In this document: piece after piece, positions 59,479-64,000 of the stretch
Position numbering within the stretch: the first letter of the stretch is position 1
Layout: every line of letters begins with the position of its first letter
Origin: an uncultured virus (IMG/VR IMGVR_UViG_3300030376_002891)
Taxonomy: Duplodnaviria > Heunggongvirae > Uroviricota > Caudoviricetes
Length of the DNA stretch: 64,000 nucleotides
Direction: 5' to 3' (one strand)
Virus record (IMG/VR): IMGVR_UViG_3300030376_002891
Span: 1-64,000 of that record
Translations under genes and position numbers: made by a program
Notes under the pieces: generated by a model
The model's database searches: none
What the model saw: only the letters and a program-made list of their open reading frames with translations
What the model was told of the DNA's origin: nothing

Positions 59479-60290
59479 TGTTCGGTACACATTTTTATAA
59501 CGAAGGATTAAGAAAGTTAACTATTGCGTTTGGTCAAATCTTTAATAAGATTGTAGTACAAACTAAAGACGCAAATGATAGTGTTGTAAAAAGATTTACG
59601 GTGCCTCTTGCATATGCACCAAAAGAAAAGTTTATTACAAGATTAACTCAACAACCAGATTTACAAGACCAACAATTTTCAACTATATTACCTCGTATGG
59701 GTTTTGAAATATCAGGTATACAATATGACCCTAGTAGAAAATTAAATAAACTACAAAAGACAAGAACACAAACAGATGAAGGTAATACATCTAATCAACA
59801 AAACAAGATGAAGTTTAATTATACTCCTGTACCATATAATATAACTTACTCTTTGTTTATTTTTACTGCTACTGCTGAAAATGGTTTACAAATTTTAGAA
59901 CAAATAGTTCCGTACTTTCAACCTGATTATACGGTTACTATAAATATGATACCAGACTTAAATATCAAGCGTGATGTACCTATTGTTATAGGTGATATTA
60001 ATTACGAAGATAATTATGATGGTGACTTTAATACAAGAAGAGCAGTAATTTATACAATTAATTTTACTGCAAAAACTTATCTATATGGTCCGTCAACACA
60101 TCAAGGTGTTGTAAGAAAAGTACAATCAGATTTAGGTTCGGATCCTGTAAATAAAGCAAGAGAAGAAAGAATTGTAATTACACCAAATCCATCTTCTGCA
60201 AAACCAGGTGATGACTTTGGATTTACGACAACTATATCATTCTTTAATGATGGTAAGAAATATGACCCATCAACAGGAAGTGATACATAA
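59478..60290 (+). CDS. gp15: Tail sheath stabiliser/terminator gp15
   Basis: VPLAYAPKEKF..LPRMGFE..PVPYN..QILEQIVPYFQP. Confidence 0.95.
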   Translation: MFGTHFYNEGLRKLTIAFGQIFNKIVVQTKDANDSVVKRFTVPLAYAPKEKFITRLTQQPDLQDQQFSTILPRMGFEISGIQYDPSRKLNKLQKTRTQTDEGNTSNQQNKMKFNYTPVPYNITYSLFIFTATAENGLQILEQIVPYFQPDYTVTINMIPDLNIKRDVPIVIGDINYEDNYDGDFNTRRAVIYTINFTAKTYLYGPSTHQGVVRKVQSDLGSDPVNKAREERIVITPNPSSAKPGDDFGFTTTISFFNDGKKYDPSTGSDT

Positions 60291-60302
60291 TGAGAGGCGA
60301 AA

Positions 60303-60935
60303 ATGAAACGAGAAGATGTATTAGTAATAGACAATGTTTTACCAGAAGTTGTAAATAATAGTTTCTGTCAAAACATTTATAGATTAGGTTATATTATATC
60401 AATGGATATATTGCCTAGTCAAACAGACAATAAAGGTATTATGAAAGACGATAATACTTTTTCATCAATGCAAATGGTTCATAGAGTATACTTGCATAAC
60501 GAACCAGCAAATATGCCAAAAAATCCTGCAATGGAACCAGTAAAACATTCTTTATCTGAAATGGTTGGTAAAGCAGGTCTGTTAACTAAAGACTTTGATA
60601 AAGTAGAATTGTTAAGAGCAAAATTTAATTTAATGTTTCCACATCCTGACTTTAAAGATGGTCAGTATAATATGGCACATATTGATGATGAACAAGAAGA
60701 GCATTTAGTTTGTATTTACTATCCTGAAGATACAGATGGTGATACAATATTGTTCAATGAGTTTTTTAATAAAGATAAGAAACCAGAAAAACTAACTATT
60801 CATAAGAGGGTTACACCAAAAGCAAATCGTTGTGTAATATTTAATGGTTGGAGATTTCACGCAAGTAGTAATCCAGTTGCATATAATAAACGAATAGTTT
60901 TAAATACAAATTTTAGGATAACAAACAATGGGTAA
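60303..60935 (+). CDS. 2OG-Fe(II) oxygenase
   Basis: AHIDD..IYY..DGDT..FNG..FHASS.P..RIVLN. Confidence 0.82.
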   Translation: MKREDVLVIDNVLPEVVNNSFCQNIYRLGYIISMDILPSQTDNKGIMKDDNTFSSMQMVHRVYLHNEPANMPKNPAMEPVKHSLSEMVGKAGLLTKDFDKVELLRAKFNLMFPHPDFKDGQYNMAHIDDEQEEHLVCIYYPEDTDGDTILFNEFFNKDKKPEKLTIHKRVTPKANRCVIFNGWRFHASSNPVAYNKRIVLNTNFRITNNG

Positions 60936-61416
60936 ACTAGAAGACAAAGTAAATGATATTTTAGGTATCAAAGAAGAGAGTACTCCTGTATCAGATTTAA
61001 TGATACAAGAGAAACAAGTACCTGTGCCTAGAAATGAAGACCCAAAGAAAGACGATATAGATAACGATTACAAATATAGTAGAGAGAACTATTATAATTT
61101 AATTGAAAGAGGACAAGACGCAATACAAGGCATTTTAGATGTTGCAAAAGAAGGGCAACACCCTAGAGCATACGAAGTCGCTGGTGCATTAATTAAAAAT
61201 GTAGCCGACACCGTTGATAAATTACAAGACTTACAAAGTAAATTATCTAAACTAAAAGATGTACCAAATAAGACAACTAACAATATTAAAAATGCTTTGT
61301 TTGTAGGTTCTACAGCAGAATTACAAAAACATTTAAAAGATAAAAAGTTTGACGAAAACAATAGAGATACTAAAGACGACCCTTTCAAAGGTACTACTAT
61401 TGAAGGCAAAGATTAA
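60928..61416 (+). CDS. gp16: Terminase small subunit gp16
   Basis: DYKYSRENYY..HPRAYEV..NALFVGSTAELQK. Confidence 0.93.
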   Translation: MGKLEDKVNDILGIKEESTPVSDLMIQEKQVPVPRNEDPKKDDIDNDYKYSRENYYNLIERGQDAIQGILDVAKEGQHPRAYEVAGALIKNVADTVDKLQDLQSKLSKLKDVPNKTTNNIKNALFVGSTAELQKHLKDKKFDENNRDTKDDPFKGTTIEGKD

Positions 61417-61418
61417 TT

Positions 61419-63050
61419 ATGAGTACAGACGCATATTTAGGCAACCCTAATCTAAAGAAAGTAAACACACCACAAGAGTTTACTGCTGAAGAGATTAGCG
61501 AATTTAAAAAATGTGAAAAGGATCCGTTATACTTTATGATGAAGTATGTACAGATTGTTTCACTTGACGAAGGTTTAGTGCCTTTTAATATGTACGACTT
61601 TCAAAAGAAGATTGTAGAAACTATACATAATAATAGATTTACAATTTGCAAACTACCTAGACAATCAGGTAAATCAACAACAACGATTTCGTATCTATTA
61701 CATTATGCGTTATTTAATCCTAATTGTAATATTGCAATTCTTGCCAACAAATCTTCAACTGCAAGAGATATATTAGGTAGACTACAACTTGCATATGAGA
61801 ACTTACCAAAGTGGTTACAACAAGGCGTATTAAACTGGAACAAAGGTAATATAGAATTAGAGAATGGAAGTAAAGTAGTAGCAGCCGCAACATCTTCAAG
61901 TGCTGTCCGAGGAGGTTCATATAACATTATCTTCCTTGACGAGTTTGCTTTCGTACCTACAACTATTGCCGAACAATTTTTTAGTTCCGTTTATCCTACA
62001 ATTACTTCTGGTAAATCAACTAAAGTAATTATTGTATCAACTCCACACGGAATGAATCAATTCTATAAATTGTGGGTTGACGCTGAAAACGGACAAAATG
62101 ATTATGTACCGATTGAAGTACACTGGTCAGAAGTACCAGGTAGAGACGCAAAGTGGAAAGAAGAGACAATAAGAAACACTAGTGAAAGTCAATTTGCTAG
62201 TGAGTTTGAGTGTGAATTTTTAGGTAGTATTGATACACTAATCAGTCCTGCTAAAATCAAAGCGACACCGTATAAAACACCACTTAAAACAAATGGACGA
62301 TTGAGTATCTTTGAAGAACCTGTAAAAGGCCATACTTACTTATGTACGGTTGATGTTGCCAGAGGTACACTAAAAGATTTCTCAGCATTTATTATATTTG
62401 ATGTAACCGAATTACCATATAGAGTTGTTGCAACATTTAGAGACAATGAGATTAAACCTATATTGTTTCCTGAAATGATTGCGAAAGTCTGTACACAATA
62501 TAACAAAGCACACATACTTGTTGAAGTTAACGATATTGGTGCTCAGATTTCAGATGGTTTACATTTTGAAATAGAGTATGACAATATATTAATGACTACA
62601 CAAAAAGGTAGAGCAGGTCAAATACTAGGTGCTATGTTTAGTCAAAGAGGTTCACAATTAGGTGTTCGTATGACTAAACAAATTAAGAAGATGGGAACTG
62701 CAAACATTAAAGCGATTATAGAGAGTGATAAACTCGTTATCAATGACTTTAATATTGTAGGTGAAATGTCTACTTACACAAGAAAAAATCAATCTTGGCA
62801 AGCAGAAGAAGGCTGTAATGACGACTATATGACTTGTTTAGTTATATTAGGTTGGGTTGCAAACCAAAGATATTTCAAAGAAATGACTGATAGAAATATC
62901 AGAGCAGAAATGTACAAAGAGCAAGAGAAGTTAATTGAGCAAGATATGGCACCATTTGGGTTCGTAGATGATGGTACTCCTGAAGAAGAAAAACCGTTTT
63001 CAGACGAATATGGTCAGGTCTGGCATCCCGTGGTACGCAAAGGAAGTTAA
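61419..63050 (+). CDS. gp17: Terminase large subunit gp17
   Basis: Walker A PRQSGKST, Walker B IFLDEFAF, STPHG, nuclease DVARG..DDY. Confidence 0.97.
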   Translation: MSTDAYLGNPNLKKVNTPQEFTAEEISEFKKCEKDPLYFMMKYVQIVSLDEGLVPFNMYDFQKKIVETIHNNRFTICKLPRQSGKSTTTISYLLHYALFNPNCNIAILANKSSTARDILGRLQLAYENLPKWLQQGVLNWNKGNIELENGSKVVAAATSSSAVRGGSYNIIFLDEFAFVPTTIAEQFFSSVYPTITSGKSTKVIIVSTPHGMNQFYKLWVDAENGQNDYVPIEVHWSEVPGRDAKWKEETIRNTSESQFASEFECEFLGSIDTLISPAKIKATPYKTPLKTNGRLSIFEEPVKGHTYLCTVDVARGTLKDFSAFIIFDVTELPYRVVATFRDNEIKPILFPEMIAKVCTQYNKAHILVEVNDIGAQISDGLHFEIEYDNILMTTQKGRAGQILGAMFSQRGSQLGVRMTKQIKKMGTANIKAIIESDKLVINDFNIVGEMSTYTRKNQSWQAEEGCNDDYMTCLVILGWVANQRYFKEMTDRNIRAEMYKEQEKLIEQDMAPFGFVDDGTPEEEKPFSDEYGQVWHPVVRKGS

Positions 63051-63066
63051 TGAAGATCCCCTATTT

Positions 63067-63074
63067 CATAAATA
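63067..63074 (+). promoter_or_regulatory. Late promoter variant before gp18
   Basis: CATAAATA (1 mismatch). Confidence 0.55.
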
Positions 63075-63186
63075 TAAACGATTGAGAAATTTGAATATGG
63101 GCGTATGAATAATACGAATTTTGAACAAAGGTAAACATTATGTATTTTTATAAAAATACAAACAATAAAATAGAGGAGAAAACCTA

Positions 63187-64000
63187 ATGGCATTTCAAGT
63201 ATCACCAGGTGTTCTCGTACAAGAAAAGGATTTAACTAACATAATTCCTGCTGTTTCTACTAGTATCGGAGCATATGCTTTCAATTCTAGCAGAGGTCCA
63301 GTTGGAGAGGTAACGCTTATCTCTTCTGAACAAGAACTTGTTAGTATCTTTGGAAAACCAACTGCAAGCAACTTTGAAGAGTATTTTACTGCTTCATCTT
63401 TCCTTCAGTATTCCAATGCTCTGAAAGTTGTACGAACAGAAAACTCTGGAATTTTAAACGCTGTAACCAACGGTGGTTCAGCAGTATTGGTCAAAAATAC
63501 TGACCAGTATAACTCAACATACTTAGCAGATGGTTCATACACTGGTTTATCCGGTAGAGAGTTTGTCGCTAGATTTGCAGGTGCATATGGAAACGGTTTA
63601 GAAGTTTCTGTTTGTCCTTCATTACAAGCCTATGAAGAAGCGGTGGTAACAACCGTTAATGATAGTGCTGTATCTATCGGCGATACAACTATAACAATGA
63701 CAAGTGGAACTAACATTAATGTTGGTGACATTTTAAGCTTTTCAACAACAGCAGCAACTTCAGATTATGATGACGGAATAGAGTACGAGGTAACAGCCGT
63801 ATCTACTAATGATGTTACCATAAAGAAAAAAGTTGGTACTGGAGGTTTAACTAGAGTTATCGTAGATGGCGCTAATGTTAGACGAAGATGGAAATATTAC
63901 GACCAAGTAAGTGGTGCACCTGGAACATCTCCAGATGTAGCAGCTGCTGGTGGTAGTGATGACGAATTGCACATTGTAGTAGTAGATTCTGACGGAACAA
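63187..64000 (+). CDS. gp18: Tail sheath protein gp18 (3'-truncated by window)
   Basis: GAGGAG RBS; MAFQVSPGVLVQEKDLT..GP..FGKP..FLQY.N.L.VVR; follows gp17. Confidence 0.95.
   Translation, partial: MAFQVSPGVLVQEKDLTNIIPAVSTSIGAYAFNSSRGPVGEVTLISSEQELVSIFGKPTASNFEEYFTASSFLQYSNALKVVRTENSGILNAVTNGGSAVLVKNTDQYNSTYLADGSYTGLSGREFVARFAGAYGNGLEVSVCPSLQAYEEAVVTTVNDSAVSIGDTTITMTSGTNINVGDILSFSTTAATSDYDDGIEYEVTAVSTNDVTIKKKVGTGGLTRVIVDGANVRRRWKYYDQVSGAPGTSPDVAAAGGSDDELHIVVVDSDGT

Noticed and set aside
1..64000. GCGC as another motif obeying the CC rule
   Set aside because: Counter-examples exist (AGCGCA near 5276 and 40725; TGCGCT near 51815 and 57243)
1..64000. tRNA/rRNA genes, introns, inteins, homing endonucleases
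   Set aside because: None recognised; core genes such as gp17 are uninterrupted and of normal length

Overview
This window is 64 kb of an AT-rich, T4-like (myovirus) phage genome, covering the virion morphogenesis region. Gene order: baseplate genes (gp48, gp53, hub, gp5, PAAR, gp25, gp6, gp7-like, gp9/10-like, gp8), a VrlC-like giant protein, tail-fibre and receptor-binding proteins (three RCC1-repeat paralogues), then gp13-gp14-gp15-gp16-gp17-gp18. Many T4-type late promoters (TATAAATA) are present. A C4-pathway hemA, alpha-type LexA-like boxes and low GC suggest a marine alphaproteobacterial (SAR11-like) host; this is inference. Three accessory blocks interrupt the structural genes. (1) 4.5-10 kb: small genes, Fe-S assembly genes (IscA, Nfu) and a glutamine (glnA-type) riboswitch directly behind a late promoter. 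(2) 26-36.5 kb: four radical SAM/SPASM enzymes and three Fe-oxygenases around a baseplate-type protein ending in CHSS-CHGS-CHGS-RGRR, a candidate RiPP-like system that modifies a virion protein. (3) 54-57.6 kb: a degenerate heme oxygenase paralogue followed by a hemO-pcyX-hemA bilin cassette. Manual reading also suggests a window-wide rule: several restriction-like motifs occur only when their C is the 5' C of a CC dinucleotide, which points to CC-context cytosine modification. All calls come from reading the sequence and recognising motifs; no searches were run.
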